Source: Nibricoccus sp.
GTDB lineage: Bacteria; Verrucomicrobiota; Verrucomicrobiia; Opitutales; Opitutaceae
Reading direction: 5' to 3'
NCBI GenBank assembly: GCA_047602425.1
Contig: JASGHG010000001.1
Location: 928,001 to 992,000 of the forward strand
Length of the DNA: 64,000 bases
Of the stretch, positions 1 to 8,674 are shown in pieces. A program made the translations under genes and the position numbers. The notes under the pieces are model-generated. The model was not told the DNA's origin. It was given only the letters and a program-made list of their open reading frames with translations, and did no database searches. The first letter of the stretch is position 1. Each line of letters starts with the position of its first letter.

Positions 1-2
1 GG

Positions 3-179
3 TTTCATGAACTTATGACTCCAGCTGATAAACTCCACGTAGATTATATGGGAGACTATCCAGGCACATACTACATAAATTGTGGATTGGGCTATGCAGG
101 ACTCGCAGTGCAGGACGTTTGTAAGAAACAGAAAGAGAATCCAGCTTTAGCAGAGGTTACTGGTGAGATTGAGTTCTAG
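3..179 (+). CDS. 3' end of a hypothetical protein (probable integron gene cassette), truncated by the window edge
   Basis: Open frame FHELMTPADKLHVDYMGDYPG...EVTGEIEF* ends at TAG 177-179, 16 bp before an attC; low GC. Confidence 0.65.
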   Translation, partial: FHELMTPADKLHVDYMGDYPGTYYINCGLGYAGLAVQDVCKKQKENPALAEVTGEIEF

Positions 180-195
180 GCAGCCCAGAAAAATC

Positions 196-289
196 GCCGA
201 ACCACGCGCTAGAGGACAACGCCTATGATCACATCCGTCCTTTTAGTCCTGGCTCGCCGGTTCGGCGTGGCTGACCTGTAATGTTAGCC
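196..289 (+). mobile_element. integron attC recombination site
   Basis: R''-like GCCGAAC (196-202) and R' GTTAGCC (283-289), inner arms AACGCC...GGCGTG; lies between two co-oriented ORFs with the next ATG 8 bp downstream. Confidence 0.75.
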
Positions 290-297
290 GAAAGAGC

Positions 298-690
298 ATG
301 ACGAATCTACCCGAAGGTTGGACTGACGATATGAGGATACCGATTGCGCCCGGTGCGCAGTCCGAGGAACTCGTCGATATTGTTTTTGAAGCTATGCTCG
401 CATTCGAGGTTTCAGATGACGTCTGCAGAAAATTGCAGACGCGATTTGGTCTGTCGCTAGATGACGCGATGTTAGCTCTAGATCGAGTTCCTGGTGGTGT
501 AGTTCGCGCAATCACTGCGAATCCAGCCAATTGCCCGGACAAAGAAAAAGATCCGCTTGCGTTCATTGCCTACAGCCGGGTTTGGGCGACATTGCCGAGA
601 CGACATCTCTTTTCGAGGCAGAAGAAGCCGGGTGGAAAGTGGCTTAAGTGGTTTGAAGAAAGGCGAACGATCGAAAATCAGAAGGGCTAA
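298..690 (+). CDS. hypothetical protein, integron gene cassette
   Basis: 130-aa ORF starting right after attC; stop codon lies within an R''-like GGCTAA. Confidence 0.75.
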   Translation: MTNLPEGWTDDMRIPIAPGAQSEELVDIVFEAMLAFEVSDDVCRKLQTRFGLSLDDAMLALDRVPGGVVRAITANPANCPDKEKDPLAFIAYSRVWATLPRRHLFSRQKKPGGKWLKWFEERRTIENQKG

Positions 691-768
691 TCGGGTAGCC
701 GGAGGTAACTAGCCTCCGGCCCCCACACCACCCGGAGTACGGGTCCGTACCGGGCGGTTCCGATCTGA

Positions 769-1030
769 TTACGTCGCTTTCGCTTTCGTCGCAGATTCTT
801 GTCTCTGCAATGTTGGTTTAGGCGGGTAATGATAGGCGATCCATTGAGCCTGCAGATTTGGCATGCCTTGTTTTTGCTCGGCTCACGGCCCGTTGCACGG
901 GCACCCGTTCGCCTCGCCCTTCGCGTCGCTCCGGGCCACGCCATGCGGCGTGACCATCTCCGCGCTTCGTCCAGCCATTCGTTGGTTAGCGCGGCTTGCA
1001 CGATGCTGTTGCTGTTCATCCGCCAGAGCC
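769..1030 (-). pseudogene. group II intron reverse transcriptase/maturase C-terminal fragment, interrupted
   Basis: Peptide reads continuously (WLEKQGMP) if 876-970 is removed; stop TAA at 769-771; in-frame stop just upstream of QWLWRM. Confidence 0.75.
876..970. mobile_element. 95-bp hairpin-rich insertion (MITE-like/non-autonomous element)
   Basis: Splits the RT remnant codon G|AA; hairpins GGTCACGCC-GCAT-GGCGTGGCC and GCCCGT-GCA-ACGGGC; no target duplication seen. Confidence 0.6.
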
Positions 1031-1123
1031 ACTGTTATAGCGAGCGATGAAGCAGGTATATAGCAGGCCAAACAAAGCAGCTTTAGAGCATTTTTAAAAA
1101 TGTCATAGCCGCACAATCCGGCT

Positions 1124-1194
1124 GTAGGGGCGCAGTCTTGCTGCGCCCGGTTTGGCTTCGCTACAGAAAAGGCGCAGCAAGACTGCGCCCCTAC
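1124..1194. repeat. GTAG-type REP doublet (REPIN)
   Basis: Perfect 24-bp inverted pair GTAGGGGCGCAGTCTTGCTGCGCC (1124-1147) / GGCGCAGCAAGACTGCGCCCCTAC (1171-1194), each internally palindromic. Confidence 0.85.
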
Positions 1195-1421
1195 GAGGAC
1201 AGCTCGGTCTGTAACACCGATTTACGGGTACAGTTTTATTGTGTGTGCTCTAGCAGAATGCCTATCGTCACGTCCGGTCTTTTAGACCCTGCCCGTCGGC
1301 ACGGTGTGGCTGGTCAGAGATCGTTCGGCCAAAACTTTTTAGAAGAGTGTCCGGAAAGGTGCAGATGGATCGTCGGGATAGCAGCACATGTCGCTCGGTT
1401 GCTTCGTGTGTCTTCAAAAAC

Positions 1422-1892
1422 ATGCTTACCACACCCAAAGTACGCCTTACGTCGTCGTCACTGGCCGCGGCTATTCCTCTTTCCGTACCGCGCGATGAGA
1501 TTCAAGAAGCGATGGGCCCGGCACTCCAAGAGCTTCACCGGACCGTGAAAAAAGAGAAGGCCGCCCTCACCGGCCCATGGTTTACCCACCACACGAAAAT
1601 ATCGGCTGACCGTTTTGAGTTGGAAGTGTGCCTCCCGTTGGAAAAACAAGTTTCTCCACGCGGACGCGTCAAAACCGTCTCTTTTCCTTCCATCCAGGTG
1701 GTCGAATCAATCTACCAAGGAGATTATGAAGGGCTCGGTGAAGCGTGGGAAGCGTTCCTGGATCGAATTAAGAAAGACGGTTATAAAACAAAGGAAGATA
1801 TGTTTGAGTTTTATCTGGTCGGTCCAGACACGGAGGACGATCCGAACAAATGGCAGACGCGACTTTGCAAGCCACTCCGCGAAGGCTCCTGA
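1422..1892 (+). CDS. GyrI-like small-molecule-binding domain protein
   Basis: EIQEAMGPALQEL, GPWFTHH, YQGDYEGLGEAW, EFYLVGP...WQTRL; ATG 1422 preferred over the ORF-track start 1347. Confidence 0.8.
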   Translation: MLTTPKVRLTSSSLAAAIPLSVPRDEIQEAMGPALQELHRTVKKEKAALTGPWFTHHTKISADRFELEVCLPLEKQVSPRGRVKTVSFPSIQVVESIYQGDYEGLGEAWEAFLDRIKKDGYKTKEDMFEFYLVGPDTEDDPNKWQTRLCKPLREGS

Positions 1893-1956
1893 TCGGCCGA
1901 ACCACAACCTGAGGCCAAAAGTATAAGCAAAGTACGCAGGCACCCTGTGCCGTGCT

Positions 1957-3660
1957 TCAGGATTCCGCGCGTTTTGCCTGCAGCATGGTGCCTTTGACGC
2001 GGATACCGTTGAGTTTCGTGACGATCAGTTCGGCGTCTTCCTCGGCGACGTCGACGAGCAGGTAGTCCTCGTGGAGGTCGATCGCTCCGACGACGTTGGC
2101 AGGAAGTCGGGTGACACCGGCGATTTTGCCGACCACATCGGCAGGGGTAACCTGGTGCTTGCGCCCCACATTGAGCACGAGTGAAACCATGCCCGGCTCG
2201 CGCCCCGTGCGCGCGGGGCGTTCGTACTTCTTTTTCTTCTGGGGAATGTTTCGGGGCGCGTCTTCCTTGTCCCAGTCAGGCAGACGTTCCGGAGCGCGTG
2301 AGGGCGTGGACGCAGTAAAATCCTTGTCGCGTTGCAGCGCCGGCGCCGGCTGCGGTTTTTCCGAGGCTTTTTCGCCGTTGACGATCAAATGGATGAGCGC
2401 GGAGGCGATATCGTTGGAGGCATAGCCTTGCTCCAGCAGGCGATCGAACATGCGGTCTTGTTTTGCGAACTGGCCGGCATCGAGCGTGGCGCGTAGTTTC
2501 TCGAAGAATACATTCTCACGCGCCTCCTCGACCTGATCGAGCGAGGGCACGGTTTCGCGACGGATCTTCAGCTTCGCAAACCGAACCATGCTCTGGAGCT
2601 TATAAAGCTCGCGGCCGGCGACGAAGGTGATGGCGCGGCCGGATTTCCCCGCGCGGCCGGTGCGGCCGATGCGGTGAGTGTAATCCTCGGCGTCGTTCGG
2701 CAGGTCGTAGTTGAAAACGACTTCAAGGTCGTCGACGTCGAGCCCGCGCGCCGCGACATCCGTTGCGACGAGAAATTCGAAGCCACGCCGGCGGAATTTA
2801 TCCATCACACGTGTGCGTTGGGCCTGGGAGATGTCGCCATGCAGACGGTCGGTCGCATAGCCGCGCGAATGCAGATGCTCGTCGAGTTCGTCGACCATGA
2901 TCTTCGTGCTGCAAAAAATAATGCCGTAACGAAAATCGTTCACGTCGATCAGACGTGTGAGCACCTCGATCTTGGAGCGGCGATCAACCTCGTAGTAAAC
3001 CTGGTCGACCTGCGGAGCGTTTTGCGCGAGCGACTCGATCTTGATCCATTCGGGATTGTTCGCGTGATTGTGGATGAGCTGTTGGATCGGCTTTGGCATC
3101 GTGGCCGAGAAAAACAAAGTCTGCCGTTCCTGCGGGCTCGCGCTGAGGATGCGTTCGATGTCGTCGCGGAAACCCATGTCGAGCATGCGGTCGGCTTCGT
3201 CGAGGATGGCGACGCGGAGTTGATCCAGTTTCAACGTGCCGCGTTCCATGTGATCCATGACGCGACCCGGCGTGCCGATGATGATCTGAGCGCCGCTCGC
3301 GAGGGCGCGAAATTGCCGTTCGTAGGATTGACCGCCATAAATCGGCACGGCGTGAAGACCGCGTTTAAAGAGGGAAAGTTTGCCCATTTCCTCGGCCACT
3401 TGCACGGCGAGTTCGCGGGTCGGGCAGAGCACGAGCACCTGCACGGCGCGGAGGTGAGGATCGGTTTTCTCGATCGCCGGGAGGGCGAACGCGGCAGTTT
3501 TGCCCGAGCCGGTGGACGACTGGCCAACGATGTCTCGACCCGTGAGTGCGACCGGGATCGTGGCCGACTGAATCGGCGAGGCTTCTTCAAAACCCATTTT
3601 ATCCACTGCCTTCAGTGATTCGGCGGAGAGACCCAGCTCGGAGAAAAGTCGTTTTTCCAT
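1957..3660 (-). CDS. deaD: DEAD-box RNA helicase (DeaD/CsdA-like) with C-terminal DbpA RNA-binding domain
   Basis: Q motif, TGSGKT, PTRELA, TPGR, DEAD, SAT, ARGLD, HRIGRTGRAG; start MEKRLFSELG. Confidence 0.9.
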   Translation of the reverse strand: MEKRLFSELGLSAESLKAVDKMGFEEASPIQSATIPVALTGRDIVGQSSTGSGKTAAFALPAIEKTDPHLRAVQVLVLCPTRELAVQVAEEMGKLSLFKRGLHAVPIYGGQSYERQFRALASGAQIIIGTPGRVMDHMERGTLKLDQLRVAILDEADRMLDMGFRDDIERILSASPQERQTLFFSATMPKPIQQLIHNHANNPEWIKIESLAQNAPQVDQVYYEVDRRSKIEVLTRLIDVNDFRYGIIFCSTKIMVDELDEHLHSRGYATDRLHGDISQAQRTRVMDKFRRRGFEFLVATDVAARGLDVDDLEVVFNYDLPNDAEDYTHRIGRTGRAGKSGRAITFVAGRELYKLQSMVRFAKLKIRRETVPSLDQVEEARENVFFEKLRATLDAGQFAKQDRMFDRLLEQGYASNDIASALIHLIVNGEKASEKPQPAPALQRDKDFTASTPSRAPERLPDWDKEDAPRNIPQKKKKYERPARTGREPGMVSLVLNVGRKHQVTPADVVGKIAGVTRLPANVVGAIDLHEDYLLVDVAEEDAELIVTKLNGIRVKGTMLQAKRAES

Positions 3661-3810
3661 AAAGCACGCTGTCGGCAAGCGGGAGAAAAGAACACTCAAA
3701 AGAAGCCCCGCGATTCCTACTGGGTTTCCGGCTCCTCAGTGAAACTCGCGACTATTACGGCATAAAAACCGCTGACTCTCGCCCAACCTTTGATCAACTT
3801 CACCACCAGC

Positions 3811-5322
3811 ATGACCCCAACCGACGCCACGCCTCCGCCACCCTCCCCCATTTCGTCCGTCGAAACGGGTGGACTGCTTGGACACCCGCGCGGTTTGACG
3901 ACGCTGTTTTTCACCGAGATGTGGGAGCGTTTCAGCTACTATGGCATGCGGGCGTTGCTGGTGCTGTTCATGACAACCAAACTCGCGGACGGCGGTTTGG
4001 GCCTGCCCGATTCCAAGGCGGCGGCGATTTACGGCAACTACACGATGAGTGTCTATCTGCTGTGTATCCTCGGCGGTTTTATCGCGGACAACTTCATCGG
4101 CTCGCGCCGCGCCGTGCTCTGGGGCGGCATCATCATCGCCAGCGGACACTATTCGATGGCGATCCATTCAACATCGACATTTTACGCCGGCCTCTGCCTC
4201 GTCGCGATCGGCACGGGCCTGCTCAAGCCCAACATCTCCACGATGGTCGGCGGCTTGTATTCGCCGACTGACGAACGCCGCGACGCGGGCTTCTCGATTT
4301 TCTACATGGGCATCAATCTCGGCGCCCTCACCTCTTCGATTGTCTGCGGCTTCCTTGCCCAACACACGTGGTTTAAAAATTTCCTCGCGCAGCTCGGCCT
4401 CGATCCGTTGCAGAGCTGGCACTGGGCATTCGGCGCGGCGGGCGTCGGCATGACGTTCGGCTTGATCACTTATGTTTTGCGCCGCAGGACACTCGCGCAC
4501 GTTGGCGCGGTGCCGCCGGTTCCGGTTAACGGGCGGCCTTGGGGAAAACTCGGGCTGGTTGCAATCGCCTCGCTTGCACTGATCGCGGTGATGCGACTGA
4601 GCGACGAACATAAATGGATCGTCATATTGCTCTTTTTGGTGGAGACCGCGGCGGTTCCGGCTTTCGCCTTTCGAAAAAACGAGGACAGCAAACGCATCGC
4701 CGCGATCCTCGTCTTCTTCATCGCCGCGCAAATTTTCTGGGCGATCTTCGAACAGGCCGGCTCGTCCATGTCGCTCTTTGCCGACCGCCTGACCAAAAAC
4801 CAGGTATTAGGCCTAAATTTCCCTTCGTCGTGGTGGCAATCGGTCAACGCCGCGTGGGTCATCACCCTTGCCCTGCCTTTCGCCTGGCTCTGGACAAAAC
4901 TCGGCCACCGCCAGCCTTCCAGCCCGCTCAAGTTTACGCTTGGGCTTTTCTTCGTCGCGCTTTCGTTCGTGTGGATGATTCCCGCCGCGCGACTGACCAC
5001 TGCGGGCCTGGTCAGCCCGATCTGGCTGCTCGGACTTTATTTTCTCCAGACCGTCGGTGAAATGTGTCTGAGCCCGGTCGGTCTGAGCACGATGACCAAG
5101 CTGGCCCCGCCGCGCCTGGTGGGCTTGGTGATGGGCATTTGGTTCCTGGCCGCTGCGTTGGGCAACAAACTCGCCGGGGTGCTCGCCGGCGATTTCAAAT
5201 CGGACGATTCCGCGAGCCTCGTCACGTTCTTCTGGCACCAAGCCCTCTGGGTGGGCGGCGCCACGCTGGCACTTTTCCTCCTCGTTCCCTGGTTGCGGAA
5301 ACTCATGGGCGGCGTGCGCTAA
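3811..5322 (+). CDS. POT/PTR family proton-dependent oligopeptide transporter (MFS)
   Basis: GHPRGL, EMWERFSYYGMR, GLLKPN, FSIFYMGINLG motifs; multiple TM helices. Confidence 0.93.
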   Translation: MTPTDATPPPPSPISSVETGGLLGHPRGLTTLFFTEMWERFSYYGMRALLVLFMTTKLADGGLGLPDSKAAAIYGNYTMSVYLLCILGGFIADNFIGSRRAVLWGGIIIASGHYSMAIHSTSTFYAGLCLVAIGTGLLKPNISTMVGGLYSPTDERRDAGFSIFYMGINLGALTSSIVCGFLAQHTWFKNFLAQLGLDPLQSWHWAFGAAGVGMTFGLITYVLRRRTLAHVGAVPPVPVNGRPWGKLGLVAIASLALIAVMRLSDEHKWIVILLFLVETAAVPAFAFRKNEDSKRIAAILVFFIAAQIFWAIFEQAGSSMSLFADRLTKNQVLGLNFPSSWWQSVNAAWVITLALPFAWLWTKLGHRQPSSPLKFTLGLFFVALSFVWMIPAARLTTAGLVSPIWLLGLYFLQTVGEMCLSPVGLSTMTKLAPPRLVGLVMGIWFLAAALGNKLAGVLAGDFKSDDSASLVTFFWHQALWVGGATLALFLLVPWLRKLMGGVR

Positions 5323-5380
5323 CTGGCCGCCAAGGCTGCGCCATGCACCGTGAGAGGCAGGGTGTTTGGCCAGCAAGTTC

Positions 5381-5408
5381 TTGAACCTTTTCGCCGAACC
5401 AATACAGT
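5381..5408 (+). promoter_or_regulatory. putative sigma70 promoter, near-leaderless
   Basis: TTGAAC-16 bp-TACAGT, 8 bp before ATG 5417; no Shine-Dalgarno. Confidence 0.4.
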
Positions 5409-5416
5409 TCGCTGGC

Positions 5417-5830
5417 ATGAAATACCTCGTGATTGTGTTGCTGCTGTTCGCCGTGCTCATTGGAACCCGCGCGAAAAGGGCTCCTTCGGGAAAACCAAAA
5501 CAAGCCGACTACGTAACCCAGGCGGAAATCGCCACCGTCGCACGGTCGACGAATGAGAAAGTCCTGCTCTATTTTTGGAAACCAAATTGCCCCGGCTGCA
5601 CCACCATGGGGCCCATCGTGGATCAAGTCGCGGCGGAATTCCCCGACATCCCGATTATTAAAATCAACACAGCCGACGAAAAGAACCGTCCCGTCCACGA
5701 CGAATATCGAATCCACTCAACGCCTTCCTTTGTGATTCTCCAAAATGGAAAAGAGGTGTCGCGCTACGAACGCCCGTTTTCCGACCGGAAAGCGTATGTC
5801 TCGTTCCTGCGTCCCTCGAAGGTGTATTGA
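5417..5830 (+). CDS. thioredoxin family protein with N-terminal signal/anchor
   Basis: FWKPNCPGC (CxxC), cis-Pro STP; hydrophobic N-terminus. Confidence 0.85.
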   Translation: MKYLVIVLLLFAVLIGTRAKRAPSGKPKQADYVTQAEIATVARSTNEKVLLYFWKPNCPGCTTMGPIVDQVAAEFPDIPIIKINTADEKNRPVHDEYRIHSTPSFVILQNGKEVSRYERPFSDRKAYVSFLRPSKVY

Positions 5831-5926
5831 GGAACACCCGCATTTGCCGCGCGTCTCAAGTCGGACCAAACCAGTTGCAGAATAGACTCCCCAACCGCCT
5901 GCGTTGCGTTCACCGTCGGTTCCAAC

Positions 5927-6781
5927 ATGGCACTCATCGGCAAACGCAACGTCCTTCCCATCGTCCGGAGCTCACCGCCCGGATTTTATCTGGACGGGGG
6001 CACGCATGGTGAAATCTTGCTGCCCGGCCGGCTGATCCCGCCCGGCGCCGTTGTCGGCGGCACGATCGACGTTTTTGTTTACCGCGATTCCGAGGACCGG
6101 CTCGTCGCTACTCCGCAAAAGCCCCTCGCCATGGCGGGGCAATTCGCGTCGTTACGGGTCGTCAGCGTCAATCCGCGCATCGGCGTTTTTCTCGACTGGG
6201 GCATGGACAAGGACCTGCTCCTCCCCATGCGCGAAATGTTCCGCCCGGTCAGTGTCGGCGAGTTCGTTCTCGTCCAGATCGTACTCGACGAAAAAACCGA
6301 CCGTCTCATTGCCAGTTCCAAGCTGAATCGGCGCCTCACCTTCCCCGAGCCCGGCACTTATCGCGAAGGCGATGGTGTCAGTTTGATGGTTATGAGTCGC
6401 AGCCCGCTCGGTTACAACATGATCGTCAACGACGCGCACCGCGGCATGCTTTATGAAAGCGACGCGCCCGGCCGCCTCGAACCCGGCGACCGTTTCGAAG
6501 GCTACGTGCGGTGTGTCCGCCCGGATGGAAAACTCGATCTCGCGCTCGGCAAATCCGGCTACCGGCGCATCGCGCCGCTCACGGATCAGATTCTCGCCGC
6601 ACTCATGGAAAAAGGCGGCCGCCTGCCCTACAGCGACAACAGCCCGCCAGAAGAAATCCGCGACTATTTCGGCGTGAGCAAAAAAGCCTTCAAGCAGGCC
6701 ATCGGCTCCCTCTTCCGCGAACGCCGCATATATATAGACAACGACGGCATTCGTCTCGTGCGCCCGCCTTCACAGCAGTAA
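5927..6781 (+). CDS. CvfB-like S1-domain RNA-binding protein
   Basis: VFVYRDSEDRLVAT, GVFLDWGMDKDLLLP, SKKAFKQAIGSL winged helix. Confidence 0.9.
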   Translation: MALIGKRNVLPIVRSSPPGFYLDGGTHGEILLPGRLIPPGAVVGGTIDVFVYRDSEDRLVATPQKPLAMAGQFASLRVVSVNPRIGVFLDWGMDKDLLLPMREMFRPVSVGEFVLVQIVLDEKTDRLIASSKLNRRLTFPEPGTYREGDGVSLMVMSRSPLGYNMIVNDAHRGMLYESDAPGRLEPGDRFEGYVRCVRPDGKLDLALGKSGYRRIAPLTDQILAALMEKGGRLPYSDNSPPEEIRDYFGVSKKAFKQAIGSLFRERRIYIDNDGIRLVRPPSQQ

Positions 6782-6967
6782 ACGCCTGCGTTCCCCACAA
6801 ACCGTCAATCTTGTTCACAAAAGCGAACGAAGGAAAATAAAGCGCCTCAAGTTGTCTTTCGTTCTCCTTCCAAGCGTTGCCTGCCAATTCGATCACCGCC
6901 CGCTCAACACCGCTTCGTTTCCTTCGTTCTCTTCTGTAAAAGATCGAATTCCAAAAATTCCCGCTTC

Positions 6968-7225
6968 ATGAAAAATCCTTCCGGCCCATCCACCGCCACC
7001 AACAACTCCTCCACGCGCGACGTCATCGTGCGCGGCGTACCGATCGAGCTCTGCCAATTCATCAAGTTTGGCGGACTGAGTGGGAGTGGCGGTGAAGCCA
7101 AACAGCTCATCGCCGAAGGCAGCGTGCTGCTCAATGGCATCGTCGAAACCCAAAAGCGCAAAAAACTCGCAGCCGGCGATCGCGTGACCGTCGCCGGGCA
7201 GACCCTTGTCGTCCGACTCGGATAA
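6968..7225 (+). CDS. S4-domain RNA-binding protein (YbcJ/YaaA-like)
   Basis: IELCQFIKFGG..SGGEAKQLIAEGSVLLNG.VETQKRKKL. Confidence 0.9.
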   Translation: MKNPSGPSTATNNSSTRDVIVRGVPIELCQFIKFGGLSGSGGEAKQLIAEGSVLLNGIVETQKRKKLAAGDRVTVAGQTLVVRLG

Positions 7226-7665
7226 GCTCTGCGAAAAAAATCCGACGACTTCGGGTTCCCGCGCACTGCAACGGGCAATTCCGTCAGATTCACGACCGCT
7301 CGCCCCCGTCAGTGGGACGCTCTTTCGGATTTGCACGGATGCAAATCAGGGCGGTTTCCCATAAGGCAAAATGCAATCAGGAGCGGGTCTAAATTTCCTA
7401 GGCAAAATCCCCTTGTGAGCAAAATTGCCGGGTAATGAAAATTTGCTGATTTTATATCAATTTATATACTTGGGATTTGCGAAATATATTTACGAATTTT
7501 GAGCCAGTTTTGTAAAAAACTTGGTACAAAACGAGGACCGGGGGGCCATTAGCAAAAGTTGCCTACCTCATAACGTCCAAATCACTGGACCTAGTCTGAT
7601 TTTTGCTCAGAGAGGAGCGCGCTTCGATAGGCGGACCACCCCGCCGACCCGGGGCACCAAACGCC

Positions 7666-8454
7666 ATGAAAACAATCCTCACCCTCATCATCGTCGGAGC
7701 CCTTAGCCTCAACAGCCAGGCCAACACCAACGCCGTGCTGCGTGGGATTCGCGTCGTCGAAACTCAAGACCAACTTCATCCCCCGCGCGGCAAATTGGGC
7801 GAGCGTGGGCCCTACCAATTCCGCCGCAGCACCTGGCGGATGCACACCAAATCCAGTTTTGACCTCGCCGAAAATCGCGAGGTCGCCAACACCGTCGCAA
7901 AGCGCCATTATGCGTGGATCGAAAGCCAGCTTCAGGCAAACGGTGTCGATTCCTCCCCCTACAACGTCGCCATGGCTTGGAACGCCGGCGTGAACGCGGT
8001 CATTCGCGGACGCGTACCGGCCGTCGCCCGCGACTACGCCAGTCGCGTCCTTAACATAGCCAGCACCTATGGCACCGACGCTCCGGCCGAACCAACCGAA
8101 ACCGCAACAGCCGTTGCCGCGGCTGAAACACCCGCTTCACAACCGGAAGCAATCGCCACGGAAACGCCCGCCGTTTCTATTCTATCTCCCGTGGAAGACC
8201 CCGCGTCCGCGACCAGCAATGACGCCGCAACCAATGTCGTTTCCACCAACACCATTCCCGTAGAATACGTCTACACCGTACCGCCGAGCGCCAATGACCC
8301 CGTTCCAGTCCGCTTCCATACGAGCCCCATCATGCTCGCGTTTCACCGGCCCAGCCCTGCCGAACCCGTCGAGGAACCGGCCCCCGCACAAGTCGCCGCT
8401 CTCGCCACCCCGCCCTTTGCCAGCGACCTCCTCCAGACCGCGGGCCGCATGTAA
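7666..8454 (+). CDS. exported lysozyme/lytic-transglycosylase-like protein with Pro/Ala/Thr-rich tail
   Basis: Signal peptide; IRVVET (catalytic Glu), GERGPYQF, MAWNAG, YASRV match SLT-fold motifs. Confidence 0.65.
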   Translation: MKTILTLIIVGALSLNSQANTNAVLRGIRVVETQDQLHPPRGKLGERGPYQFRRSTWRMHTKSSFDLAENREVANTVAKRHYAWIESQLQANGVDSSPYNVAMAWNAGVNAVIRGRVPAVARDYASRVLNIASTYGTDAPAEPTETATAVAAAETPASQPEAIATETPAVSILSPVEDPASATSNDAATNVVSTNTIPVEYVYTVPPSANDPVPVRFHTSPIMLAFHRPSPAEPVEEPAPAQVAALATPPFASDLLQTAGRM

Positions 8455-8674
8455 AACCAATCGCCACCACCAGAACGCTTCTTTCCTTCCATCAAAGGCT
8501 ATCTCAACATGGCCTTCTGCCGCGCAGCCGGTGCCGCTGTGTTAAACAGCGGCTTTCTGGACTGGCGCATCGCCAGCCGCAATGCCGCAGAGACGATAAT
8601 AGTGCGCACCGAAACAAGCGCTTGCTCTAACATACCTAAGCGTTTGCTCGTAAAATATGCAGCCCCGCAGCTTG

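Larger units (their letters stand above)
690..1030 (-). mobile_element. 5'-truncated group IIC(-attC) intron remnant (RT C-terminus, domains V and VI)
   Basis: Bottom strand DV GAACCGCCCGGTACGGACCCGTACTCCGGGTGGTGT, DVI GGCCGGAGGCTAGTTACCTCCGGCTACCCGAT, 3' end AT joined to TAGCC; upstream maturase-like peptide WRMNSNSIVQAALTNEWL..KQGMPNLQAQWIAYHY. Confidence 0.85.

Noticed and set aside
687..1019. 110-aa minus-strand ORF as a real gene
   Set aside because: Chimera of the RT remnant, the 95-bp insert and intron DV/DVI read out of frame
1108..1114. GTGCG on the bottom strand as the intron 5' end
   Set aside because: Not preceded by TTGT/attC sequence, and far too close to leave room for domains I-IV
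1895..1905. GCCGAACCAC after the GyrI-like stop, identical to the attC R'' start
   Set aside because: No matching R' GTTRRRY or palindromic arms follow
7338..7410. Imperfect direct repeat (TGCAA(A)TCAGG..GGCAAAAT twice) as a riboswitch or array
   Set aside because: Only two degenerate copies and no recognisable aptamer; at most a protein-binding site
8455..8674. att direct repeat of the tRNA-Leu 3' end at the far side of the T6SS
   Set aside because: No TGGTGCCCGG-like copy found by eye
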